In this document: positions 1-11,143 of the stretch, one piece after another
How the letters are laid out: each line of letters starts with the position of its first letter
Numbering within the stretch: the stretch's first letter is position 1
Origin: a virus
Lineage: Duplodnaviria; Caudoviricetes
Virus record (IMG/VR): IMGVR_UViG_3300024999_000107
Coordinates: 1-61,805 of that record
Direction: 5' to 3' (one strand)
DNA length: 61,805 nt
Position numbers and translations under genes: made by a program
Notes under the pieces: generated by a model
Seen by the model: only the letters and a program-made list of their open reading frames with translations
Told to the model about the DNA's origin: nothing
Databases searched by the model: none

Positions 1-137
1 TAAAATTTTAAATTCTCAAAAACGTCAAGGAATGAAACTTAATGATGCTTGGTGTGCTGAGAAATATTTATTGGATGAAGGATGTAAAGTAGTTTATATT
101 AATAGAAATTATTTCTAAAGAAAGGAAAGAATATATT

Positions 138-1789
138 ATGATGACAATTCAACAATGGGAAGAGATTGAGCAAGAGGTTATTAAAGCTTTAGATTCAATA
201 AATTTAATATCAGAAATGAAACAAGGAATAGAAGATTTGAAGGATTTTATGGATAGATTAGAAGAAAAATATCTATTCAAATTTCATAATGCAATATCAT
301 TATTTGATTGCTTTGGTATGGAAGATTTTGAAGATTATCTCTATAAAAGATATAAAAATATTGATTGTTATACACAAGAATATACTCGTGTAGATATAAT
401 CAAGATGTAAATAATTTCAATCGAAATAAAAACTCCCGAAGGAGGAATATAATCTTGATTTGTTAAAAATGTAAAAGTAAATATGATCAATCTGTAGTGT
501 CTAAGACAGAAGGATATACTTGGGATGGTGAATCAAGAACTTTTTATGATGAATATTGTCCTCATTGTAATACTTGGTTAAATTCTTATAGTTAAGCAAA
601 CTAAAGACATCAATTATAGGAGGAAAATACTTTATGGATAAATGCCAAAATTGCGGAAAAGAATTAAAACAGGATAGTTCTTATTACACATCTGATGGAG
701 ATATTACTTATTGGTACACAGATCAATTTGATAGTATACTCGTATGTGAGGAATGTTATTGTGATTTAATGGCAGGAGATTATTCAAATATGAATTAGGA
801 GGAATAATATTGATTGAATACGCAATTGTAAATGATAAAAATCTCTACTTTGAAGTTACTGAACGTCATGCAAATTTTGTTTTTGTTACAGATAATCCTA
901 TACGTGCATATAAAGTAAAGGATAAACCTTTAGCTAAAAAGTTAATCAAGCAAATTAATAATCATCCAATGACTTCTGAAGAAAATTGTCGTATCGCAAA
1001 AATTACAATCTCTGTAGAAATAGTTGAATAATTACAAGGAAATCCAACTTTAGAAAGACTATAAAAGGAGAATAATATTATGACTTTATTCAGATTAATT
1101 TTTAGAATTGGTGATGAATTTTTTGATACCACAGATAATAGGTATGGTCTTGAAAAAGATTTAATATTTATTAATGGTCAAAAAGATTCAGAAATAATTG
1201 AGATTGAAACCATAGGGGAGGAAGAAAGCGATTTTCCTACATTAATATTAAATAATGCTCAATTATCAAAAATTAATAATGCTCAACCAATTGAAAGTAT
1301 GTCAAATGATGAATATATTAAATTAGCTAAAGAAAGTAATAAGAAAATTAAATCTAAACCAAATTATATGAATGAATTATTAAAGAAATATGGGAGGAAT
1401 AAGTAATGTTTAAACATTTTAGAAAGGGAATAAATAAAATGCCAGACAATAAAGAACTATTCATGAGAGAATATTTATGTAAATGGCCTGAGCCATCTGA
1501 AGGATATCAAGAAGCATATAAATTATGGATAAAATATCGTTATAAATGTGAAAGATTTGATCAATTTGTATGCAAAGGTAATTTAGATGAATATGGATTC
1601 GTCAAACCGATAGATACGCATGAACGAATTTTAATAAATCGTAATTCTTCAAATTTAATAAAAGATTTATACTATAATGCAAAAATATTTGGAATTAGTA
1701 ATGAAGATCTAAAACATGCTAAACGAGATGCTAGTAGATTAACTTGTAAGGGATTAGAAGAAGAGTATAGGAGGTTGTTTGATGAATGA
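138..1789 (+). CDS. Run of small hypothetical phage proteins (138-410, 810-1031, 1080-1406, 1406-1789)
   Basis: ORFs with RBSs and coupled stop/starts; no recognisable motif. Confidence 0.65.
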
Positions 1790-2123
1790 AATTACAGATC
1801 AAGATAAAATAAATTTCAAAGAAAAATATGAAAACTTAAAAGAATATTATCAACATAATCCAGTAGCATTTATCGAGGAAACATGCCCAGATATTAAACT
1901 TCTCCCATATCAAAAGATTTTATTAAATACAATTATGTCAAAACAAAATGATTTTTATTATATCAATCCTTATACAGCACAGAAAAGATGGTTGGCAAAT
2001 ATGAAATTAGAATATATGAAAGCAATGGGAATGAATTTTGAGGTGTGGAGTCCTAAAGGTATTGATGTTTATGAGAATGGTATGTTGGTTAGGACTTTAA
2101 AACATAATAAAGGAGATATATAA
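1779..2123 (+). CDS. Hypothetical protein resembling the N-terminus of a terminase large subunit
   Basis: YYQHNPVAFIEE...IKLLPYQKILL resembles the TerL N-terminal/adenine-binding segment; no Walker A. Confidence 0.4.
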   Translation: MMNEITDQDKINFKEKYENLKEYYQHNPVAFIEETCPDIKLLPYQKILLNTIMSKQNDFYYINPYTAQKRWLANMKLEYMKAMGMNFEVWSPKGIDVYENGMLVRTLKHNKGDI

Positions 2124-3100
2124 ATGGATAAAGATCGTTATTGGTTAAGAAATAAAGTTACATGGGGAATTACATATGATGACAAAAAAGTAACCATAAA
2201 GGTTGAAAGTTTAAAATGTAAAGACATAAAATACAAAGAGACTTATGAGTCAAAATCATATCCTTATAGTGAAGAAGATATGAAACAATTTTTAAAAATT
2301 AGGGATGATCTAGTAACTAAGGTTGTCAAAGAAAACAGAACCAGAATTAGTGATGCGGAACAATCTTTAACTGATTTTATTAAAGATAATTCAAGCATAT
2401 GGGATTTAAACGACACAAAGGATTTTATTATGGAACATAAAAAAGATTTGCTTAAATTAATTGCAAATTTGTAGAATAAAGGAGAAGTTTGTTATGAAAT
2501 ATGAGAAATGTTTAACCTGTAGGTTTGAGCATCAAGGTAATAATGGAAATTATTATCCTTGTGATAAATGTGATGGAATTAATCAATATGGAGAAAAAGA
2601 TAAGATGTTATGTTCTCATTGTGGTAATTCTATATGGATAGATTAATATCCTATAAGTTCTTTATTTTACGGGAATGAAAGGAGTAAATAAATTGAACAA
2701 ATATGATGTAAGATGGTGCGTTAAATACTTGCCTAAAACTTTATACTAGCATTCTAAATATATCCCTAAACTGCACATATAAAGAATGCAATATAGACTA
2801 TAAAACTTGTAAATATATTTTAAAAGTACCTATTTATTAACCATATGTAAAATAGTTATTTTCCAGAAAAGCATTGTTTGACGCTATAATAGAAAGGATG
2901 ATACATAAATGAAATTAACTAAAAAAGTAATCGAGAAGAAATATAATTGTGAATTGATCAGAGACTTTGGATTTGATGATAGTCATTTATATTGGGTAGC
3001 ACATGAAAATGAATCAAGTGATAAAGGATTTGAATTTGCTGATGGATGGACACTAAAAGAATTGGTTAACAACATTGAGAAAAAGTTAAAGAAACAATAA
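2124..3100 (+). CDS. Small hypothetical proteins (2124-2474, ~2494-2646 Cys-rich, 2909-3100)
   Basis: ORFs with RBSs. Confidence 0.6.
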
Positions 3101-3164
3101 TTTTCAATAATATAAATTTTACAATTGATGGGATTCAAGTTTAATTGAATATATAAATAAATAT

Positions 3165-3193
3165 TTGCTATTTTCTAATTAATATATTATACT
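3165..3193 (+). promoter_or_regulatory. SigA-type promoter for the mazG-like operon
   Basis: TTGCTA-17 bp-TATACT. Confidence 0.6.
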
Positions 3194-3217
3194 TATTAAG
3201 GAAAGAATTATAAGGAG

Positions 3218-3526
3218 GTGAACAAGATTATTAAATTGCTAGAAAATATCCAATCACTAAGTATTAAAAATGGAAAATCATTAGAACAAATATGTCTTAA
3301 ATTATCAGAAGAAACTGGAGAATGTTCACAAGCATTATTATCTTACATAAATGCTGAAGGAAGTGTCTATAAGGGGTTAGGATCACAAGATGTTAAAGAA
3401 GAGTGTATAGATGTAATTATGGTCGCTATATCATTATTTTATAAATTAGGTGGAGATAATGAAAAATTAGTTAATCTTATTAATGTTAAGATGGAGAAAT
3501 GGCAAAAGACAGTTGGTATTAAATAA
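3218..3526 (+). CDS. MazG-like nucleotide pyrophosphohydrolase
   Basis: LSEETGECSQA...VKEECIDV: EExxE/ExxD metal-binding motifs of the MazG family. Confidence 0.85.
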   Translation: MNKIIKLLENIQSLSIKNGKSLEQICLKLSEETGECSQALLSYINAEGSVYKGLGSQDVKEECIDVIMVAISLFYKLGGDNEKLVNLINVKMEKWQKTVGIK

Positions 3527-3543
3527 AGAAAGAAGGAATAATT

Positions 3544-4989
3544 ATGCCTAATTTATTACAGGGTGTTAAAATAGAATACAATATTGAGTTTCTTATGCAA
3601 CCACAAGAGACTAACACTGTCGCAGATTTAAAGAAAGTATTAACTTTGTACAAACAATCAAAAAATTTATTAAAAACAGTTCCAAAAGAATTTCAAGATG
3701 CAATTGACTTAAAATTAAAAAAAGATGTGAACTCAGTAAGAAATGAAAAGTGGAAGACACATAGGAGTTTACCAGACAAATTAATAAGACAATATAATCA
3801 TGATGGTGAGTATTCTGATGTCTTAACTGCTTTAAATGCGTTACCAAAGGTAAAAATATCAGAATTTAGAAATCTTGCTGATAAATTTAACATGGTTATA
3901 ATTCCGGTTGAATATACTGAAGTGGATAAAATATTTGATATCCAAAAGAATTCAGGTGAATTAAAACAAGGATTAAAATATTTTAATGAATTGTTACGAC
4001 AGGATACAACCACGAAATATCAAAGCTACATATTATGCCCTATTGACTATTATAATATTTGGGAGCAAATTAAGAGTAATAAATTATTGAAAATATATTA
4101 TGCAGAGTATTTTGAGAATATATTTCAAACCTTAGAATTAATAATTCCTACTCAGAAAAATTTGTATTTAGCATCTAAAACTAATGACGAGAATCTAAAA
4201 GCATTAAGTTTGTCTTTTGATACAAATATTAAAACATTGAATGATAAAATTACTTCTATTTCTTCTAAAGTAAATAAGTTAGAATTAGAATTTATAGAGG
4301 AAAAGAGAAGGACTAGAAATCAAATCGAAGGATTACAAGATGCCCAGGCATCATTGCAAAATACAGTTCTCCAACAACAAAGACAAATTGAATTTCTATA
4401 TTGCCAATTAGATCCTATTCTATTTGCTGTTCCTAAAGAAACAGATATTGTTGAAGACGATTCGGTATCTATTGTAGGACTCTGTTGGGGTGAAGATATA
4501 GATGAAATGATTTTTGATATGAAAGGGATAACTATTGAACATAAAGATTTAGCAGAAATTAATCCTTTAAGTATAAAATCCAAAATGGATAAGGATGGTT
4601 TTAAATTAGAGTATGGGAAGATTGTTGATGTTGAGGAGTATATTTTAGGGATTATAAAAGATAATCTTCAGGAATTAAATAATAAACGATATATGAGATT
4701 CTGGAATGATAATGAGAAAGATTATAAAATCAAATATAAATTGTTTAATGAATTTAAAATAGTATTTGCGTATGAGAAAAACTATTCTAATACATTTATT
4801 AAATTAATGGAAATTCATGATAAGAATGATAAAGTTTTAACTAGTACTGTTTGTAACTATTGTTCATTAGATTCTTTATGTGAAGAAGATTTAAATAATA
4901 ATGAAAAATTCTTCAACACATATAAAAAATGGTTTAATGATTTAACTAAACAGTTTCATGAATATTGTAAAAATAATATTATAATTTAA
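3544..4989 (+). CDS. 481-aa hypothetical protein with central coiled coil
   Basis: Long ORF, heptad-rich region around aa 215-285, then LDPILFAVP...GLCWGED. Confidence 0.75.
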   Translation: MPNLLQGVKIEYNIEFLMQPQETNTVADLKKVLTLYKQSKNLLKTVPKEFQDAIDLKLKKDVNSVRNEKWKTHRSLPDKLIRQYNHDGEYSDVLTALNALPKVKISEFRNLADKFNMVIIPVEYTEVDKIFDIQKNSGELKQGLKYFNELLRQDTTTKYQSYILCPIDYYNIWEQIKSNKLLKIYYAEYFENIFQTLELIIPTQKNLYLASKTNDENLKALSLSFDTNIKTLNDKITSISSKVNKLELEFIEEKRRTRNQIEGLQDAQASLQNTVLQQQRQIEFLYCQLDPILFAVPKETDIVEDDSVSIVGLCWGEDIDEMIFDMKGITIEHKDLAEINPLSIKSKMDKDGFKLEYGKIVDVEEYILGIIKDNLQELNNKRYMRFWNDNEKDYKIKYKLFNEFKIVFAYEKNYSNTFIKLMEIHDKNDKVLTSTVCNYCSLDSLCEEDLNNNEKFFNTYKKWFNDLTKQFHEYCKNNIII

Positions 4990-5114
4990 AAATAATATTA
5001 GAAGTGAAGAAACAAAATGACCAAACCTAAATGAAGATTATGATAATAGTACGTGGAGTAATTTTAGGAATTGGATGATAGTTTAAATTAGAAAGGAGGT
5101 GATATAAAATAAAT

Positions 5115-5531
5115 ATGCTAGACCAATGTTTTAATTGTGGTGAAGAAATTGATATTGATCTGTCGGAAAAGTTAAAACTTGAGGCAGATGCAATATTTAT
5201 GTTTGCATTAAAAGGTTTACAAAGATTGCATAAACAAAATAAATTTACTGAAAGTACAGAAGTTAATAATAAACTTGAAGAATATAAACTGGATTCAAAT
5301 CCAGTAAAGCAATTTATGGAAGAAAAATATGTTGTAGTTGAAGATGAAAACAAAGGTGTAAAAAGTAATGACTTATACAATTCATATGGTTTATGGTGCG
5401 AAGAAAATGGTTTTATGAAATTGAACAATGTTAATTTTGGCAAAGAATTAAAAAGACTTCAATATAATAAGAAACAGAAGAAAATTGGTGGAAAAACTGT
5501 GGGATTTTTTGAAAAATTAGATAAAAGATAA
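5115..5531 (+). CDS. Truncated P4/D5-family primase-helicase C-terminal (winged-helix) fragment
   Basis: ALKGLQRL...FTES...EEYKLDSNPVKQF...LYNSYGLWCEENG...NFGKELKR is the typical C-terminus of phage/plasmid P4-family primases; ATPase and primase domains are absent. Confidence 0.8.
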   Translation: MLDQCFNCGEEIDIDLSEKLKLEADAIFMFALKGLQRLHKQNKFTESTEVNNKLEEYKLDSNPVKQFMEEKYVVVEDENKGVKSNDLYNSYGLWCEENGFMKLNNVNFGKELKRLQYNKKQKKIGGKTVGFFEKLDKR

Positions 5532-5534
5532 TAA

Positions 5535-5799
5535 AGGTTGATGGTTGCTAGTGAAAATATTTTACTAGCAACCTCAAAAAACAAGGTCACAGTAATGTTT
5601 ATAGGGCATAGGTTGATAGGTTGTTAGTGAAATTCATCAAATTAAAAAATAAATAATAATTAAGTAATATAATTGACAACAATATCTGTATCTATTTGTT
5701 AAATTCACTAGCAACCAACAACCTTTCCTTGAAAGTATTGTTATAATAGGGTTTTTGGAGGTTGCTAGTAGGTTGATAGTGAAATTTTACCTGCAACCT
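5535..5799. repeat. Iteron-like direct and inverted repeats flanking an AT-rich core (putative replication origin)
   Basis: GGTTG(C/A/T)TAGT(GAAA) units at 5535-5573, 5610-5635, 5704-5724 (inverted) and 5760-5799; AT-rich spacer 5640-5700. Confidence 0.7.
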
Positions 5800-5910
5800 T
5801 TTATAAGTAAATAATATAGTTCATGGAATAATTTCGACGCGATAGCTAGAAATTATGTAATGAAAAGCTTCCTGCAAGGACTTAAAGCAAAGATAAGGAG
5901 AGATAAAATT

Positions 5911-6297
5911 ATGAAACAGGTAATTACTATAGAATAATTAGAAGAATTAACACATGAACAAAAAGATAGTTTAAGAGAATGGTGGAATCCTGAGATTCAC
6001 ACATTCTTTGTAGTAAATAATACTATTTATCCTTGTGAAGATGGAAAATGTTTTGGCAAAAATGAAGTGGCAAACGGAGGATGTATTTTTAAGAAGGATA
6101 AATGTTTACCATTATTAAATATAGGGCAGATGATTGAGATATTGTCTTCTTGTAATATTGACATAATGAGTAATTATTATAATGAATTTGAGTGGACGAT
6201 AACTTTTTATAAAAAGGAACATTATATATTTAGAAATATAGAATTGTGTAATTCCTTATGGGAAGGTGTAAAAATTGTTTTGAGTAATAAAGTATAA
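5911..6297 (+). pseudogene. Phage hypothetical gene with internal nonsense codon
   Basis: RBS+ATG at 5911, in-frame TAA at codon 9; the frame then continues into ORF 6067-6297. Confidence 0.65.
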
Positions 6298-6775
6298 AGG
6301 AGATGATTAACAAAATGTTCTATGCAGAAAATTATAAAATAGGTAAACAATTTAAGAATAAATTCACTAATTAAATATGGGAAGTTATAAGATTTGATGA
6401 AATGTTGCTGTTTGCAAAACAAGGATGTAGAGATTTATCTTATTCATTAAATGATGATTATTTTGAGGAATTATAAAGGAGGAAAACAACAATGATCGAA
6501 CAATACCCAAATGGAGCCAGAGTAATAACTTTAGGTGAAAATACGACTCAAATTAGTCAAATTGTACATAAAGACAGTCCAGAATCTTTAGGAATATGCT
6601 TTTGTAATAGTTTTACTGAAAATAATAAACCAGATGGCAATGTTGTAATTATTAATATCATCAATATTCAAGGTGTAATCAGCTACATCAAAGCATTGAC
6701 AGATATGTTAGCAACATGGGAAATTGAAGGTTAGCAACTGTTAACTAAAAGTTATAAAAAGTTATAAATTTACCA

Positions 6776-6804
6776 TTTACATTATAATTATTGTATGTTA
6801 TAAT
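6776..6804 (+). promoter_or_regulatory. IS607 tnpA promoter
   Basis: TTTACA-17 bp-TATAAT with extended -10 TG. Confidence 0.6.
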
Positions 6805-6826
6805 CTATATATGAGGTGAAAAACAT

Positions 6827-7486
6827 ATGAAATATTATAGCATACATGAATTTTCAAAGTTAATATCTAGAACTCCACAAACTCTTAGGAATTGGGATAA
6901 AAATGGAAAACTAACTCCCAATCATACTGGAGCTAATGGTTATAGGTATTACTCGCACCAACAATTAAAAGAAGTTCTTAACATTAAAGATGACTCAGAA
7001 AAAAGTAGAATAGTAATCGGATATTGTAGAGTTTCTTCTAATAAGCAAAAAGATGACTTGCAAAGACAAGTTGATAATTTGTCAAAGTATTTGGAATCTT
7101 TAAACAAACCATATGAGATAATCACTGATATTGGTAGTGGAATTAATTATAAGAAAAAGGGACTCAGGGATTTATTGAAGAAAATCAATAATAAAGAAGT
7201 AGACAAAATAATTATTCTTTGTAAAGATAGACTTCTTAGATTTGGTTTTGAATTAATAGAATATATGGCTAATCTTAATGGTTGTGAAATAGAGATATTA
7301 GATAGCACTGAGAAAACACAACAAGAAGAATTGGTGGAAGATTTAATACAAATTATCACTGTTTTTAGTTGTAGACTTCAAGGTAAACGAGCTAATAGAA
7401 CTAGAAAAATGATTGATGATTTAATCAAGGAAGGAGATGAGGAAATTGATCAAGGGAATCAAAGTGATGCTTGTACCGAACAATAA
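6827..7486 (+). CDS. tnpA: IS607 transposase (MerR-like HTH + serine recombinase)
   Basis: TPQTLRNWD...GYRYYS HTH; GYCRVSS...QKDDL, DIGSG, DRLLRFG. Confidence 0.95.
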   Translation: MKYYSIHEFSKLISRTPQTLRNWDKNGKLTPNHTGANGYRYYSHQQLKEVLNIKDDSEKSRIVIGYCRVSSNKQKDDLQRQVDNLSKYLESLNKPYEIITDIGSGINYKKKGLRDLLKKINNKEVDKIIILCKDRLLRFGFELIEYMANLNGCEIEILDSTEKTQQEELVEDLIQIITVFSCRLQGKRANRTRKMIDDLIKEGDEEIDQGNQSDACTEQ

Positions 7487-8627
7487 GCAAAATACTTTAA
7501 TGTTTCAAAATGCTGGAACCGCAAGGTGGGCATATAACTGGGCATTGGGTAGAGAAAAAGAGAATTATGCAGATGGCGGTAAATTTATTTCAGATAATGA
7601 TTTAAGAAAAGAATTAACTCAACTAAAGAAAGAAGAAAAATTTAGTTGGTTGAATAGTGTTTCTAATAATGTACCAAAACAAGCAATTAAAGATGCTTGT
7701 ACTGCTTATCAACGATTCTTTAAAGGGCAAGCTAAGTTTCCTAAATTCAAGACTCGAAAAAAATCTCCTCCTAAATTTTATCAAGACAATATTAAAATTC
7801 AATTCACATCAACTCATGTTAAATTTGAAGGATTTGCTAAAAGTACAAAGAAAAATAAACAGCAATTAAACTGGGTAAGATTAGCTGAACATGATAGAAT
7901 TCCTTTTGGTAAAGATGTTAAGTATATCAATCCAAGAATCTCACATGATGGTTTAAATTGGTGGATTAGCGTTGGAATAGAATATCCAGATAGTCTTGAA
8001 ACACCATTAAATGAAGGAATCGGGATTGATGTAGGCATTAAAGATTTAGCAATTTGTTCAGATAAAGTTGCTTATGGTAATATTAATAAAACCAAAAAGA
8101 TGAAAAGATTAGAGAAGCAAAAGAAACGTCTTCAAAGACAAGTATCTAGAAGATATGAAGCGAATCGTGATGGTTTGAAATATATTAAAACTAAGAACAT
8201 TATTAAACTGGAACATAAAATTAAATCAGTTCAACACGAACTTAATGGGGTAAGAGATAATTATCTCCAACAAACGACTACTGAGATCGTGAAAACCAAA
8301 CCATCTTTTGTATCGTTAGAGGATTTAAATATTTCTGGAATGATGAAGAATTGCCATTTATCTAAAGCAATTCAACAACAAAGCCTGTATGAGTTTGGAA
8401 GACAGATTAAATACAAAGCAGCATGGAATCATATTGAAGTTAGAATTGTAGATAGATGGTATCCTTCAAGCAAAACATGTCATGATTGCGGTAAAGTTAA
8501 CAAGTTATTAAATTTAAACGACAGAGAATGGGTTTGTACTGGCTGTGGAAGTATTTTAGACAGGGATTATAATGCTTCATTGAATCTAAGAGATACAGAT
8601 AAATACAAGATATTTAAAGTAGCATAA
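7437..8627 (+). CDS. tnpB: RNA-guided nuclease TnpB
   Basis: RuvC motifs GIDVGI, LEDL, DRDYNA; zinc finger CHDC...CTGC. Confidence 0.95.
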   Translation: MRKLIKGIKVMLVPNNKQNTLMFQNAGTARWAYNWALGREKENYADGGKFISDNDLRKELTQLKKEEKFSWLNSVSNNVPKQAIKDACTAYQRFFKGQAKFPKFKTRKKSPPKFYQDNIKIQFTSTHVKFEGFAKSTKKNKQQLNWVRLAEHDRIPFGKDVKYINPRISHDGLNWWISVGIEYPDSLETPLNEGIGIDVGIKDLAICSDKVAYGNINKTKKMKRLEKQKKRLQRQVSRRYEANRDGLKYIKTKNIIKLEHKIKSVQHELNGVRDNYLQQTTTEIVKTKPSFVSLEDLNISGMMKNCHLSKAIQQQSLYEFGRQIKYKAAWNHIEVRIVDRWYPSSKTCHDCGKVNKLLNLNDREWVCTGCGSILDRDYNASLNLRDTDKYKIFKVA

Positions 8628-8816
8628 ATACAAACAAAATACTCGGACGTTGCCGAGGAATTTAAGCCTTTGGAGTGTTAAGCCACTTGAGTAGTATTAG
8701 AAATAATATGAAAAAGAACACGATGAATGAGGAATGAAACATAGAGTTATAACTTATTTGTTTAATTTATAACTTCTTATAAGTTTTCAGTAACGGTGCA
8801 GAGATACAATTAGAGG
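8628..8816 (+). ncRNA. Predicted TnpB omegaRNA (reRNA) at the IS right end, guide from flanking DNA; 5' boundary uncertain
   Basis: Non-coding 169 nt between the tnpB stop and the right end; known architecture of TnpB elements. Confidence 0.6.
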
Positions 8817-8844
8817 TTTTAAGGAATAGTTTGGAGGAGATTAG

Positions 8845-9541
8845 ATGACAGACATAAACAAAATTTATCAATCTAAAGGCTATCAAAATCGTAAGGAATT
8901 TATAGAAAGTTTAGTTGAAGATGTTGATGTTCCTTTGAAAAAAGCATTGGATATTTTAGATAATAAATATTTTGATGAATTAGTTTGGTTATTGAGTTAT
9001 GAGATTGATGAAAAGAGAGGTGAATAAATATTTGAGTTACATATATGACGAGAAAAATATTAAATCAAAAGAAGACGCAATTATTGCATTGGAGGAAATT
9101 AGAGCGTATCAAAGTCTTGAAGGATTACCTTTTGATTTTGGTGATGGATTAATTCAAAACGATTTATCTTATGGTACTGAACACGTTTATTGGAAAATGG
9201 ATGCTCAAGTTTTAGAAGATATAATTGAAGATTGGGAAAAAGATATTGAATGGGCAAACTGGTCGGAAACTCAATCAAAAAAGAAAAAACATAAGAATAA
9301 AAGATTAAATAAACACCTCAGAAAAATAATTGGTAAAAGAAAGTTAATTAATTTATTTAAAGCTTCATGGTGGATAGTATATTACAATGAAAAAGAAAAC
9401 AGATATATTCGATGTTATTATAGTGGTAGGAAAGGTTTTGCAAAATGGTGTTCTGATAGAGCTGTAAGGAATAGAAATGATTTTTCGTTAATAGGAGCTG
9501 GTTATAGGAAATGTTTTAATTACTGGAATATTGTGTTTTAG
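8845..9541 (+). CDS. Two hypothetical proteins (8845-9027; ~9008-9541)
   Basis: ORFs with RBSs. Confidence 0.6.
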
Positions 9542-9553
9542 AAAGGAATAATA

Positions 9554-10287
9554 ATGGGAAAATTTAAAGATTTGGTTGGGCAAGAATTTAATAGATTAAC
9601 TGTTCTTAAAAGAGATAAAAATAATAAACACAATCAAGTGATGTGGATTTGTCAATGCAATTGTGAAAATAAACCTATATTGACTGTAGAGTCATACAGT
9701 TTAACGAAAGGAAAGACTAAATCTTGCGGATGTTTGGCAAAGGAATTAACCATTCAAAGATTTAAAAAATATAATACATATAACTTGACTAATAAATATG
9801 GTATAGGTTATACATCAAATACAAACGAAGAGTTTTATTTTGATTTAGAGGATTATGAGAAAATCAAAGACTATTGTTGGAGAAAAAATTCAGATGGTTA
9901 TATTGTAACAAATATAACCATTAATAAAAAAATATTTGTTTATGGATTCATAGAATTATTATGAATGTATCAAAAGAATTAGACGTAGATCATATTATAT
10001 GTAAATATATATATGATAATAGAAAATCTAATTTAAGAATTACAGACAGAAGTGGTAATAATATAAATAAAGGATTACAAAAAAATAATACTTCTGGAAT
10101 TATAGGGGTAAGTTTTGATATTCAAAATCAAGTTTGGCGTTCACAAGTAAATAAAAATAAATTACATATTGACTTAGGATCTTTTATTCAGAAAAACGAT
10201 GCAATTTTTGCTCGTTTAAAAGCAGAGAAAAAATATTTTGGTGAATTTGCTCCTCAACAACACTTATATAATCAATATAGTATTTAG
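9554..10287 (+). pseudogene. HNH/AP2 homing endonuclease split by a frameshift
   Basis: KTKSCGC N-terminus; VDHI...DNRKSNLR HNH and NNTSGIIGV AP2 in the next ORF; one extra A in the A7 run at ~9926-9932 joins them (…ICLWIHRIIMN). Confidence 0.8.
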
Positions 10288-10371
10288 AAAGAGAGTTTTT
10301 AAATTGTTTTCATAATAGCATGAAAGTCAACTTTAATCCTATTATGAAAACAAAAGAAAGAAGGAAATAAA

Positions 10372-10770
10372 ATGAGTAATGGTTGGATAAAAAATTTATC
10401 ATCAGATGATTACTATGAAATTCAATTTAATAATTATCTAGGTTGGGATAAAATTAATGAAAAAACTCCTTATTATGTTTTATTAGAAATTATAAAAGGG
10501 AAAGATAAATCATCTCAGGATATAGGAGTTGAATTCGATGATATTTCACATGGTAACTTTTATTGGAGAGATTTTACAAAAAGTAGTTTACCATTTGTAG
10601 ATGATGGAGATATATATTGGTCTGGATTTAGTTTTCAATTTGCTGAAGATGCAAAGAAATTTGTTGAGTTATATGGTGGTAAGGGTAATTGGATGGATGA
10701 TTTTGAAGAGTTTAGGATTATGTGTGATAATAAGAGAAATGGGAGGGTTATTAATGAACAGACAAATTAA
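10372..10770 (+). CDS. Hypothetical protein
   Basis: 132-aa ORF with RBS. Confidence 0.7.
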   Translation: MSNGWIKNLSSDDYYEIQFNNYLGWDKINEKTPYYVLLEIIKGKDKSSQDIGVEFDDISHGNFYWRDFTKSSLPFVDDGDIYWSGFSFQFAEDAKKFVELYGGKGNWMDDFEEFRIMCDNKRNGRVINEQTN

Positions 10771-11143
10771 ATTTAGAGCATGGGATATAAATCATAAAGA
10801 AATGGTATATATTAATGATTTATATTGGTTTGAGGAAGAAGGAATTCATAATTTCGAGGGAAGTGGTCATAATTCAAAATATATTTTTATGGAATATACT
10901 GGATTATATAATAAAAGCGATAATAAAACCGAAGTATATGAAAGTGATATTATTAAGCAACTTGGATGGCGAGGTGAATATTATATAGTTGAATTTATAG
11001 ACTGTGCATTTTATGCAGTATTAATAAATAATAAAGTTCCTAAATGTTTGCGTAATAGGTATGTTAAATTAGATGAAATGTACGATTTTCAAGTTATTGG
11101 GAATAAGTATGATAATCAAGAACTATTATATCAAAGGAGGTGA
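10754..11143 (+). CDS. YopX-family phage protein
   Basis: MNRQIKFRAWD...MEYTGL...EVYESDI...VIGNKYDNQELL; true start at 10754 after GGGAGGG. Confidence 0.9.
   Translation: MNRQIKFRAWDINHKEMVYINDLYWFEEEGIHNFEGSGHNSKYIFMEYTGLYNKSDNKTEVYESDIIKQLGWRGEYYIVEFIDCAFYAVLINNKVPKCLRNRYVKLDEMYDFQVIGNKYDNQELLYQRR

Larger units (their letters stand above)
6731..8796 (+). mobile_element. IS607-family insertion sequence (2066 bp)
   Basis: tnpA+tnpB; GG at 6729-30 and 8795-96; subterminal AAGTTATAA repeats at the left end and TTATAACT copies at the right end; excision restores the target ORF. Confidence 0.93.
6492..8848 (+). pseudogene. Hypothetical gene interrupted by IS607
   Basis: Removing 6731-8796 restores ...WEIEGAEIQLEVLRNSLEEIR*, whose TGA overlaps the ATG of ORF 8845 (ATGA). 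Confidence 0.85.

Noticed and set aside
5535-5799. CRISPR array
   Set aside because: Repeats are short, mixed in orientation and irregularly spaced; no cas genes.
6731-6826. IStron (group I intron + IS607)
   Set aside because: Only ~95 nt lie between the left end and tnpA, filled by repeats and a promoter; no room for an intron core.
10601-10753. N-terminal extension of YopX overlapping the upstream gene
   Set aside because: The family motif and RBS place the start at 10754.
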